Assembly (NCBI GenBank): GCA_964430885.1
Contig: CAYSHM010000001.1
Coordinates: forward strand, 96,001 to 160,000
Source: an uncultured archaeon
Lineage (GTDB): Archaea; Thermoplasmatota; Penumbrarchaeia; JASLWR01
Direction of reading: 5' to 3'
Length of the DNA: 64,000 bases
The notes under the pieces were generated by a model. It was not told where the DNA came from. It did no database searches and saw only the letters and a list, made by a program, of their open reading frames with translations. The position numbers were made by a program, and so were the translations under genes. Positions 1-9,096 of this stretch are shown piece after piece (positions within the stretch are counted from its first letter, which is position 1; each line of letters opens with the position of its first letter).

Positions 1-429
1 CTTCCAGGACCTCTTTGCCGCGACATCGTAATAGTAGTTCTTTGACTTTATTTGGTTCAGACCATCATAGGCCGTGATATGGAAAGTAACATTGGTCTGG
101 GCTGCATAACCGTTAAGAACAGTGTACCTGTGGGTGGTATTAATTCTTTCCATCTGGTAGGCACCCGATGAAGTGTATTGTGGACCGTTTATTTCCACCC
201 AGAGATCGGCCTGTATTATAGGTACTCCGTATTTGCTGCCAATGGTAACGTTAACACTCTGGTATTCGCTTGGCCGGTTCGGGCTGAATTTCACCGATAT
301 ATTATCCTCGAAATTATCGCCTGTGAACTGTGCTGCAGATGCTTGGTTAGTTAGGATCAATAATGAAATGAGCAGGAATCCCAGTATGGTCATGGATGTC
401 ATGATTCTCTTTAGTGGTATGTGTCTCAT
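1..429 (-). CDS. Secreted/surface protein, N-terminal part (runs off window edge)
   Basis: Not in ORF track. Manual translation from ATG at 429 (preceded by GGTG) gives MRHIPLKRIMTSMTILGFLLISLLILTNQASA-AQFTGDNFEDN..., a signal peptide followed by beta-rich sequence, open to position 1. Confidence 0.8.
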   Translation of the reverse strand, partial: MRHIPLKRIMTSMTILGFLLISLLILTNQASAAQFTGDNFEDNISVKFSPNRPSEYQSVNVTIGSKYGVPIIQADLWVEINGPQYTSSGAYQMERINTTHRYTVLNGYAAQTNVTFHITAYDGLNQIKSKNYYYDVAAKRSWK

Positions 430-522
430 CTTGGTACACCTTGGTTTTGATTCTGATTCGTATATTTTTTAGCTGGATAATGTAATTTTTTCATTTTGAT
501 AGATTGATATTCATAAGCTACA

Positions 523-2031
523 TCATGTTCCGACAGTTACTTTCTGCTTAGCAACTATCCTTTTTCTCAGTTTGAGCCTTTCAATTATCCCCAGACCAAT
601 GAATCCACCTATGAAATATTCCACTGGGAATACTGCCGGAGAGGCGGAGGCGGGCAGCCCGGTGGGGGTGGTTAACGGTACCACCGTCGGAGAGGCCGGA
701 GTGGTTATGGGTATGGGATATCCTCCTGGTGGGGGGGGCGGAGGTACAGGTCCTGTTGGCGGAGGAGGTGGGGGTGGGGTAACGCCAAGCTCATCAGCAA
801 GCACGAAAAATGTAATGGCAGGGAAATATTCTTCTGTCACCAGGTCATCCAGTAAATATCTGACCCTGGAAGCCCCGTATGGGTGAAGATCGAATCTACC
901 CCCTTCAAGGGCTGAAATATTATAGGTTATGGTTATCTCATCTCCTATCATTATCCTGCTGAAATTCCATTCCAGTATGGTCCTGTCATTGGCTCCGTAG
1001 TAAATCGAATCAGGATAGAGTGAGAAAGAATTGTTGTCAAATTGAAAATTACCGGCTATTATATCCCGTATCATGGGGTAGCTGTCAGAAACATCATCAT
1101 CGTAGCCTGCCGTATAATTTCTAAATCTGTTCGCTATGGAATTATAGACTTGAAGAAGATCTTCAGGCCGGCTTGCGGTGTAATATTGGCCTCCGGTTTT
1201 TTTTGCCAACCATTTCAGAAGGTCCTCGTCCAGAAGATTTGAGGAACCATATTGATATAGTCCGATAGTGAAGATGACTATATCATTGGATATTGTTTCA
1301 TTCAGCAGTTCCAGACTGATATTCGTTGAAGCAGGCTCCGGCTTCCCATCGGTCAACAGAATACATACTTTGAGATTCTCGTCCGATCCGTGGTCAATGA
1401 GTTCCTGGTTAGTCAACTCCATGGCAGAGGTGAAATTGGTCTGACCGCCATTATCCAGGTAGTTCAGATCCTGAAGAATCTGTTGGTAGTTCGAGGATAA
1501 GTGATGATTGTTGATGACCTCAGCTGTATCCGAGAACCTAATAACTGCAGCATTGTCAGGCGAGATAAGCTGGTCCACGTAGCTCTTAGCAGCTTCACGT
1601 CTCAGATAGGTGGGATCAACACTGTCCATACTCGCTGAGCAATCAATGGTGAAAACTACATCCTGAGAATTGAAGTTTATAGCCGGATTCCCTTCACCTT
1701 TGATATTCAGGGTAACCGTGGATGTTTTGGGTGTTCTTTTATCTTCGGGACGCCATATCTCGTCGTAATTTACTGACTTATCTATTTCAAGGTGGGGAGG
1801 GGAGTCAGGGTCAATACCGGTCTGCAAACGGGTCTGAACTTGATCAGGCACAGTTCCAAACTGTTGAAGGGAAATCGGCTTTCCTTCTTCATTACCTTTT
1901 ACTTCAACAGCAGTATCATCATCTAAATCATCCTGCAGACAGGATGAAGAGCCGAATAGCCTCATCGAGGCTGAACCAAGCCAAATGATTCCGAGCCCAA
2001 TCAATATGGATAATAATACCTTTCTTTTCAT
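523..2031 (-). CDS. vWA-domain surface protein with polyproline stalk and C-terminal membrane anchor
   Basis: Signal peptide; MIDAS elements DVVFTIDCSAS, GQTNF, ILLTDG; IFTIGL; PPPPPPP linker; hydrophobic C-terminal helix with basic tail. Confidence 0.85.
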   Translation of the reverse strand: MKRKVLLSILIGLGIIWLGSASMRLFGSSSCLQDDLDDDTAVEVKGNEEGKPISLQQFGTVPDQVQTRLQTGIDPDSPPHLEIDKSVNYDEIWRPEDKRTPKTSTVTLNIKGEGNPAINFNSQDVVFTIDCSASMDSVDPTYLRREAAKSYVDQLISPDNAAVIRFSDTAEVINNHHLSSNYQQILQDLNYLDNGGQTNFTSAMELTNQELIDHGSDENLKVCILLTDGKPEPASTNISLELLNETISNDIVIFTIGLYQYGSSNLLDEDLLKWLAKKTGGQYYTASRPEDLLQVYNSIANRFRNYTAGYDDDVSDSYPMIRDIIAGNFQFDNNSFSLYPDSIYYGANDRTILEWNFSRIMIGDEITITYNISALEGGRFDLHPYGASRVRYLLDDLVTEEYFPAITFFVLADELGVTPPPPPPPTGPVPPPPPPGGYPIPITTPASPTVVPLTTPTGLPASASPAVFPVEYFIGGFIGLGIIERLKLRKRIVAKQKVTVGT

Positions 2032-2100
2032 GGTCTCAGCTCACTTGGATTATGATACTTAGCTCTCTGAAATATGTAGTGTAATACGGTTAAAATTGGA

Positions 2101-5100
2101 TCATTCGTCTATCCATCCGCCTAATTCTCCATTCTCTTCACCGTCGTCCACCCAATCAGCGCCATCATCCTCGATCCACGGTTCGTCTTCAATTTCTTTT
2201 TTCTTTTCTTCATTTTTCCCGCCCCTTTTCCTGTCAGTGCCTTTCCCCCGTCCTTTCCCTTTACCTTTATTTTTATTTTTCCCCTTCGAATCGCCTTTTT
2301 TCTTACTGCCTCTACTTCCCTTCTTTTTACCTTTACCTTTGGTTTTATCGTCCCCAGGTGAAGTTTTTCCTACTTTGTTCTTCTTTTCACCCTTTTCCTC
2401 CTTACCGGCGCCGTCATCTTCCTCATAAATGGAAAACTTTTTTTCCTCCATATTTACCCCCTCCTCGTCGTCCTCCATGAACTCCGCCCCGCATTTTGGG
2501 CAGACCGTGTCGTTATCCCCTACTGCAGTACCGCAGTCTGGGCATTCATAATCCAGATTCTCATCTTCAATTTCTTTGGATTTGCCCTTCATCTCCAAGT
2601 CGTCATCATCTTCATCGCCGACATTCTCCCAGATCCCGCTTACAAGTCCGCTTTCTTCCTCTTCTTCCTTTACCTCCTCCTCTTCCTCTTTATCATCTTT
2701 CGCCACCCATTTCCTTACTTTTCCGCTTCTAATAAGCAGGAATATCAGAATTATTAGGAACAATATCAGCATGATGAACAATATCAGCGGGAGTATGTTT
2801 GTGAACTTCTTCATAAAGGTGATTTCGTTGTTCACTTCAATTGTATCTGAACTGATCCTCTCATTTCCATAGGCATCAACGGCTTTTATCTGATAGGTAT
2901 GCAGTCCATTATCACCGGTATCTGTGTTCCAGATATACCAGAAAGTATTATCACTGCTCCGGTAAGCCATCTCTCTCCAGCCGCTGCTGTCAATGTTGAT
3001 GTACATCTTCGTGGCGTTATCGGTATTGTTTATCCTGAACTCTATATCCCCACTGTCCTTTTCAGGGAGGTCTGTAGTGATGAAACCGGGTCCGGCATTC
3101 TTGAATCTGACCTGGAGTGTGGCGGTGTTGGAATTCCCTACTCTGTCCCTTGAGACCAGTGTTATGGTGTGTGCACCGTCGGGATAGAGCTCAGTATCCA
3201 AAGGAGATTCGAAGAGGCCAGTTATCTGGTTGATGAACACTTCTTCCTGAGTCCCGTTGTCGATCACCATGAATGTATTCTCAAGTGATACCGAATCCTG
3301 GGAATACACCTTTACAGTGATGATTCCTGTGAGATAGTCCCCATTCCTCGGTGTGACAAACTTGATTATTGGTGCAGAATTATCAATGAAAACGTTAATC
3401 TCCCTCTCGGTAACATGCCCTGCGTTGTCAGTTACCCTGATCTTTACCTCATGCTCTCCGTCCTTGTACTGTGTTGTGTCCCAGGTATTGCCTCTGGTAT
3501 TGCCGTAGGTCTCCCATCCTCCTTCATCGATATTGAATTCTATCTTCACATCAAAGGAATCCTCTGAAGAGAGGTTGAAATAGGATATTCCAGATAGATG
3601 TTCTCCGTTAAGGGGCTTTTGAATATTCAGGACCGGAAATGACTGGTCAATATGGAAATTCACTGAATCCAGAACTACCTTTTTCAAGCTTATGTCCGTT
3701 ACCTCGGCGTTCATGCTGTATGTTCCGTCCTCGATACCGTATAGGGATTGTGTGTATTCGTAGTAGTTTGTGACCGAATTGTAGGTACCTTCTATTGTTT
3801 TCTCGTACTGGGTGTCGGTGAATATATTGAAAAGGACCGTATCAATACCCAGATTGTCGGATGCCAGAACCTTGAAGGTAATGGACTTCTCTACGAACTG
3901 TGAAGGGGTTGGTGTGTGTATGGTGCAGGAAGGGGCATTATTATCAACAATTACCTCTATGCTTTCCACGGTCTCATGCCCTATGGAATCCCTAGCTCTG
4001 AAGATTATTGTATGTGTTCCATCCTGTATCTTGGTAGTGTCCCATGGAAATCCGACATCATGCCATCCAGATGAATCCACATTATATTCTGTGGGAAGGG
4101 GATAGGTATCGGTGGTAGTGGCATTTATTATAACTGTACCATTCACAAACTGCAGATTGCTAGGTGAGTTTATCCCCAATTTTGGCGGTGTGTTATCGAT
4201 ATTGAAGGTAGTGATGCCTGTGTTCACGAACTTCCCTGAAAGATCGTAGGCTGTGGCTCTAACGGACTTGGTACCATCCTCGGCGATGGTAGTGGTATCG
4301 AAGGTATACTCATAATAGCCGGATTGTGAGTTGTAGGAAGCGTTTATGTACTCTTCCTGGAAATATAGGATCACCCTATCCAATCCAACCTTGTCAGTGG
4401 CCTTTATCTTAAAAGTGATAGTGTCCTCCATATGCTGATTCTGGATGGGAGTGTGTATCTCACATGTCGGTGCGCTGTTGTCCACAATTACGCTTATGGT
4501 ATAGGTCCTTTCTAAACCTGACATGTCGCTGCCGCGGATGTCTATTGTGTGAACCCCGTCGCTGAATCTGCTGGTATTCCAGGGGCCTATATAATTGTCG
4601 TAGGATAAGGTGGAATTTCCCGGATCCCAAACAAGAGGTATCCATCCCTTGTTATCAATATTATATTCACATTGAGTGAGAGAAGTAAAATGGTCGTGGA
4701 CCTCTACATTGAAATCCACAATCCCCTCAACATAATCCATTTCACCTGGAGAATTGATATTAATTTCAGGAATGTGATTGTCAACATTGAACTGCTGCCC
4801 TCCTATTATCACTGCTCTGTTGGCCAGATCAATTACCTGGGCAGTTATGAAATAGGTCCCATCCTGTTGAAGCGTGGTGTCTATACCTACCTCGTAGGTG
4901 TTGGTAAGGGGGTTGTAGGTTGCATTATAAGAATTGGAAAACACGTTAATCCTCACGCTCTGAATTCCGACAGTATCTCCCCCGCTGACCTTGAAGGAAT
5001 ATTTCCCGCTGATATATTCGTTATTATTGGGAGAAAGAACATCACCGAAGGGCAGGTTATTATCGACAATTACAGTGATCTCTACCGTACTCTCTTTTCC

Positions 5101-8100
5101 CGAGCGATCTCTAGCTCTTATATCTACAGAGTGCTCCCCGTCAGATACCAGTGTAGTGTTCCAGGGTACTGTGATATTGACCCAGCCCTTGCTGTCGATG
5201 TTGTATTGAAGAATATGGAGGAAAGGTTCCCCGCGTATCCCTATGCCGAAGGAAACCGAACCCCATACGATATCCATGTCATCAGGCTGGTTGATGGTTA
5301 TCTCAGGAGCATTATTATCAATCATGAAGGTCACATTGGCCGAAACTGTAATGTTCCCCGCGGCGTCCATTGCGAAGACCCTGGCGGTATAATTTCCATC
5401 CTGAACCTGATTTGTATCTAGAAATGTTTCGTAATAACCTGTATTGGCGTTATAACTCATTGTGGTATTCAGAATTGATATATTTGTAATATTGTCCTCC
5501 GCTACTATCCAAACCCGGTCAAGACCTACATTATCATTAACAAGAGCGCCGAAGGTGTAGATGCCGGATATGAACTGCTGGTCCGTGGGCAGACTGAGCG
5601 TGGAGGTGGGAACGTTATTATCCACTGTAACAATGATTGTTTCCTCCACTTGGTGTCCTCCACCGTCCACAGCCCTTATTTTGATGGTATGCTGGCCGTC
5701 AGAATATAGCCAGGTATCCCAACTCAGGTTTGAATTGGTCCATCCGGAACTGTCTATCTTATATTCCAGTTTGGTCAGGAACACCTCATCGATGGAGATG
5801 TTGAATTCCAATCTGCCTGAAATGATGTCTCCATCCTGAGGATGAAGTATGCTCATTGACGGTTCGTTATTATCGATATAGAATTCAGTTTTTACTGAAG
5901 GAGTAGTATGCCCGGACCCATCAGTGGCATAGGCAGTAATATTAAAGGCCCCGTCAGGAAGATTGGCGGTGTTATAGGATAGTTCATAGTAACCGGAATC
6001 TGCGTTATATCCCACAGAAACATTCGATACCATTTCCGCACCAGTTTCATTCAATATTGTTATGTTGACATGCTCCATGCCAATATTATCATTGGCGGTT
6101 ATCTTGAATGAATATACTCCATCAGTAAATTCGCTCACCACAGGAGCCACTATGGAGCATTGTTCTGGAGGTGAGTTGTCGAATATCACAGTTGTCTCAT
6201 AGGTGGATTGTGCTCCGTATATGTCCTCACCATGAACATAAAGAGTGTGTTCTCCATCCAGATAATTTGAGGTATTTATCACCGCTTGGAATCTGCTTCC
6301 GGATATGAGGGTCATATCTATCCACTGATTTGCATCAATGCGGTATCTTGGATTGTCAGCTTCATCAGGTATTCCATCTGGATCTGTAATATTTGTGATA
6401 AGCTGATAATTACCGGTCAATATGTCTCCTTCAGCTATGTTTTCCAGAATGATGTCAACATCGTTATATATCTCAATATTTCCTGATTGGGAACCTTTAT
6501 TTCCTGCCCTGTCGTAGGAATTTACCGTATAGGTATAAATTCCGGATATCAATCCAGTTGCCACGGTGACATTTTCTGAAGTGTAAATACCGTCAAAGGC
6601 CACTTGATCGTTCCCGCTCCCATCATCTTTCATGGGGACCTGATCGCTCCCTCCTATATTGGATGCGTCAAGATAAACATTTCCCAATCCAGTTTGTCCG
6701 TCGCTGCAGTTGGATTCCACATAGATTGAATACTGGTCCTGGGCTACGTCTCTTCCAGGGGGATATGTGGTATTGACCCAGGCAACGTTGGGCTGTAGAT
6801 TATCCAGCTGAATATTATACTGGGTTCCGTTAACATTTCCTGCCTCATCAGTACCTTCAACCTGGAAAACTATGTTCCCGGTATCAAGGCTGTTGATTGT
6901 TACTAGATCTGAACCGTATACCTTGTCCCCTGCCTTCCCATCAGAGTGAAGCCCGTCATCGAACATGTTGACCTTTAAGGGGATTCCAACCGATGATAGG
7001 TCGCCCTGGACAGAGGCAATTCCTTTGGGCTGTTCCAAACCCAGAACGTCGGTTCCGAAGGTCTGTATTATCTGGGAAACATTGGTGTATATTGCAAAAA
7101 GATCTGTAGATTCCGGAGCGTAATAGTACTTACCGCCGTTAGAGGTATTTCCGATACTAGAAAGATCGAATTCAGTGGTGTATTTGTATGATGCTTCATT
7201 GGCGCTTAGATAACCTGGGACGAGATGATCCGATGCCTGAGGTGTAATTCCCAGACCTATTGTGAAAACGGGGATACTCGAATTGATCAATCCAGTTCTG
7301 GTTCTCTCATCGGCTCCGGGATCGAAGTTCACAGTGGTCAAGGGATTATTGGGATTGGTATCCGTCTCTCTCTGGACCGATGGATAGGTCCTAACCGGTG
7401 AGCCCCATTCACAGCCCCCGTTGACAGTCCAGGTCTGCCCCACGGCACCGTCACTGGCCCCTGGGCAGAAAGTCTCGGATCCTTCTTCCCTTCCATTCTG
7501 TCCTACAGTGTCGTCACCATCGGTCATGGCTATCACAACAGGAACGGCATCAGCTCTACGGTTGTTAATGGCGTACTGCATAGCCATACCAATTGTGTCC
7601 CAAATAGGTGTGTTGCAGGCAGGCCTCCCGAAGAAGTTCGTCAAATGTGCATTATCATCCTCAGTTATTACGAATTTTGTAACGTTCTTGCCAGTTGAAG
7701 TGTAGGCTGCCCCTTGAGGATCGTTATAGGTATCAGACATGGTAAGGAAAGGTGAATACATTTTCACATCCTCAACCGGAAAACCCGCCTGAAGGTCGAA
7801 TCCGAAAACAGCGCATCGGTCATCATCGACGAGCTGATCGATAAAGGTTGTAGCAGCATATTCAAGATCATCCCACATCATACCTCCGCTTCCGTTGTCC
7901 GCAGCCATTGAACCAGAATTGTCAAGAGCTAGAACCACATCCAGAGGTTTTCTGCTCACAACTTCTTCTATAATTATTTTGTAATCGAGAGCTTTAGCAG
8001 TGATCCGGACCTGGTCGGCGTTCTTCACAGCTTCCTGTCCTGCAGGAAGTATTGTCTGGATCTCCAGTATGGTAGGTTCGTAAATATCGATATTGCAGGG

Positions 8101-8772
8101 AACTGTGACATTCCTTTTATTGCCCATTGTATCGCCGGCCTTGACATATGCGGCTTTATATCCGCCTCCGGAGCTGATGTTTATTGGTGACGTTCCCCAG
8201 ATATCATCATTTGGTGCATCATCCTGGTGCTGTCCGTCATCGTACATTGTGATATTATTCCCACCCCCTATGGGGGAAGCATCGCATGTTACCCAGGCAA
8301 TATCGGATACAGCTTCAGTCACTTTTGCAGTAATCGCTACCTGATCTCCCGGTTTTGCATTGTTCTGACCCTGAGGATAAATTGTGGATCCGTTTGATAT
8401 CAGAGGACCGTTATTATCAAATTTTACTGGGATAGACATCACATCATTTGTGGTATCTCCATTTGAATCATATCTGATGATATGAGCGCCGTCATCCCAA
8501 CCAGATGTATTTATTGTATAGGTCCAGGTGTTGGCATTTTCTGCCATTGTTCCTATCAGTATTCCATCTATTCTCAGTTCCACGCTGTCGGCCGAATTGG
8601 AATCGCATGAGAATTCCACATTCCCTCTTAATATCTGCCCGGATGTGGGAGTGTTCGGCGCAATTGCATTACCGCTAACATTATAAGCAATATTGACCAA
8701 AGAAAAAAAACCGGTTAGGCATATCAATGCCGTCAAGACATAGCTTATTATCTTATAAGTTTTTGTTTTCAT
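2101..8772 (-). CDS. Giant type I membrane adhesin: Ig-like repeats, choice-of-anchor-X-like repeats, vWA domain, TM helix, cytoplasmic zinc ribbon
   Basis: Signal peptide; vWA (DVVLALDNSGS, NTPIWD, AMTDG); three MxDDG..D..xD..Y/W motifs; repeated DGxH/Y-x-I...D..GN Ig units; TM ILPLILFIMLIL; CPDC..CPKC. Confidence 0.88.
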   Translation of the reverse strand: MKTKTYKIISYVLTALICLTGFFSLVNIAYNVSGNAIAPNTPTSGQILRGNVEFSCDSNSADSVELRIDGILIGTMAENANTWTYTINTSGWDDGAHIIRYDSNGDTTNDVMSIPVKFDNNGPLISNGSTIYPQGQNNAKPGDQVAITAKVTEAVSDIAWVTCDASPIGGGNNITMYDDGQHQDDAPNDDIWGTSPINISSGGGYKAAYVKAGDTMGNKRNVTVPCNIDIYEPTILEIQTILPAGQEAVKNADQVRITAKALDYKIIIEEVVSRKPLDVVLALDNSGSMAADNGSGGMMWDDLEYAATTFIDQLVDDDRCAVFGFDLQAGFPVEDVKMYSPFLTMSDTYNDPQGAAYTSTGKNVTKFVITEDDNAHLTNFFGRPACNTPIWDTIGMAMQYAINNRRADAVPVVIAMTDGDDTVGQNGREEGSETFCPGASDGAVGQTWTVNGGCEWGSPVRTYPSVQRETDTNPNNPLTTVNFDPGADERTRTGLINSSIPVFTIGLGITPQASDHLVPGYLSANEASYKYTTEFDLSSIGNTSNGGKYYYAPESTDLFAIYTNVSQIIQTFGTDVLGLEQPKGIASVQGDLSSVGIPLKVNMFDDGLHSDGKAGDKVYGSDLVTINSLDTGNIVFQVEGTDEAGNVNGTQYNIQLDNLQPNVAWVNTTYPPGRDVAQDQYSIYVESNCSDGQTGLGNVYLDASNIGGSDQVPMKDDGSGNDQVAFDGIYTSENVTVATGLISGIYTYTVNSYDRAGNKGSQSGNIEIYNDVDIILENIAEGDILTGNYQLITNITDPDGIPDEADNPRYRIDANQWIDMTLISGSRFQAVINTSNYLDGEHTLYVHGEDIYGAQSTYETTVIFDNSPPEQCSIVAPVVSEFTDGVYSFKITANDNIGMEHVNITILNETGAEMVSNVSVGYNADSGYYELSYNTANLPDGAFNITAYATDGSGHTTPSVKTEFYIDNNEPSMSILHPQDGDIISGRLEFNISIDEVFLTKLEYKIDSSGWTNSNLSWDTWLYSDGQHTIKIRAVDGGGHQVEETIIVTVDNNVPTSTLSLPTDQQFISGIYTFGALVNDNVGLDRVWIVAEDNITNISILNTTMSYNANTGYYETFLDTNQVQDGNYTARVFAMDAAGNITVSANVTFMIDNNAPEITINQPDDMDIVWGSVSFGIGIRGEPFLHILQYNIDSKGWVNITVPWNTTLVSDGEHSVDIRARDRSGKESTVEITVIVDNNLPFGDVLSPNNNEYISGKYSFKVSGGDTVGIQSVRINVFSNSYNATYNPLTNTYEVGIDTTLQQDGTYFITAQVIDLANRAVIIGGQQFNVDNHIPEININSPGEMDYVEGIVDFNVEVHDHFTSLTQCEYNIDNKGWIPLVWDPGNSTLSYDNYIGPWNTSRFSDGVHTIDIRGSDMSGLERTYTISVIVDNSAPTCEIHTPIQNQHMEDTITFKIKATDKVGLDRVILYFQEEYINASYNSQSGYYEYTFDTTTIAEDGTKSVRATAYDLSGKFVNTGITTFNIDNTPPKLGINSPSNLQFVNGTVIINATTTDTYPLPTEYNVDSSGWHDVGFPWDTTKIQDGTHTIIFRARDSIGHETVESIEVIVDNNAPSCTIHTPTPSQFVEKSITFKVLASDNLGIDTVLFNIFTDTQYEKTIEGTYNSVTNYYEYTQSLYGIEDGTYSMNAEVTDISLKKVVLDSVNFHIDQSFPVLNIQKPLNGEHLSGISYFNLSSEDSFDVKIEFNIDEGGWETYGNTRGNTWDTTQYKDGEHEVKIRVTDNAGHVTEREINVFIDNSAPIIKFVTPRNGDYLTGIITVKVYSQDSVSLENTFMVIDNGTQEEVFINQITGLFESPLDTELYPDGAHTITLVSRDRVGNSNTATLQVRFKNAGPGFITTDLPEKDSGDIEFRINNTDNATKMYINIDSSGWREMAYRSSDNTFWYIWNTDTGDNGLHTYQIKAVDAYGNERISSDTIEVNNEITFMKKFTNILPLILFIMLILFLIILIFLLIRSGKVRKWVAKDDKEEEEEVKEEEEESGLVSGIWENVGDEDDDDLEMKGKSKEIEDENLDYECPDCGTAVGDNDTVCPKCGAEFMEDDEEGVNMEEKKFSIYEEDDGAGKEEKGEKKNKVGKTSPGDDKTKGKGKKKGSRGSKKKGDSKGKNKNKGKGKGRGKGTDRKRGGKNEEKKKEIEDEPWIEDDGADWVDDGEENGELGGWIDE

Positions 8773-9096
8773 TAAAACACCGTCCTATTTTATAAAAATG
8801 GATTATTACATCGGTTATTTTGATATTATTTTCACATGAGTGATTAAGAAGCAGTTCATGATTCCTAACTCATAGGATATTTTAAATAAATACTTTTTAT
8901 GGTACGGATATTAAATTATTTCAAAAAGGTTTGATCAGCAAAACTATTAAAGTAAACGCAGAATTATATTCCATTTGAATAGGATGATCCTATGCCATAT
9001 TATGTAAGTTCCAAATAAATTCAAATCAGGAATAATTTATTTATCTCAACAAATACATATTACACTGTATTAATAAAATGGTTAGGGTGATGTAGG

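Noticed and set aside
173-472. 99-aa plus-strand ORF
   Set aside because: Antisense shadow of the minus-strand secreted gene at 1-429, which has a signal peptide and RBS.
2096-8344. Many short plus-strand ORFs (Ser/Phe/Pro-rich, and the 249-aa ORF at 4672)
   Set aside because: Antisense to the 2223-aa gene; their composition mirrors its codons and they have no motifs.
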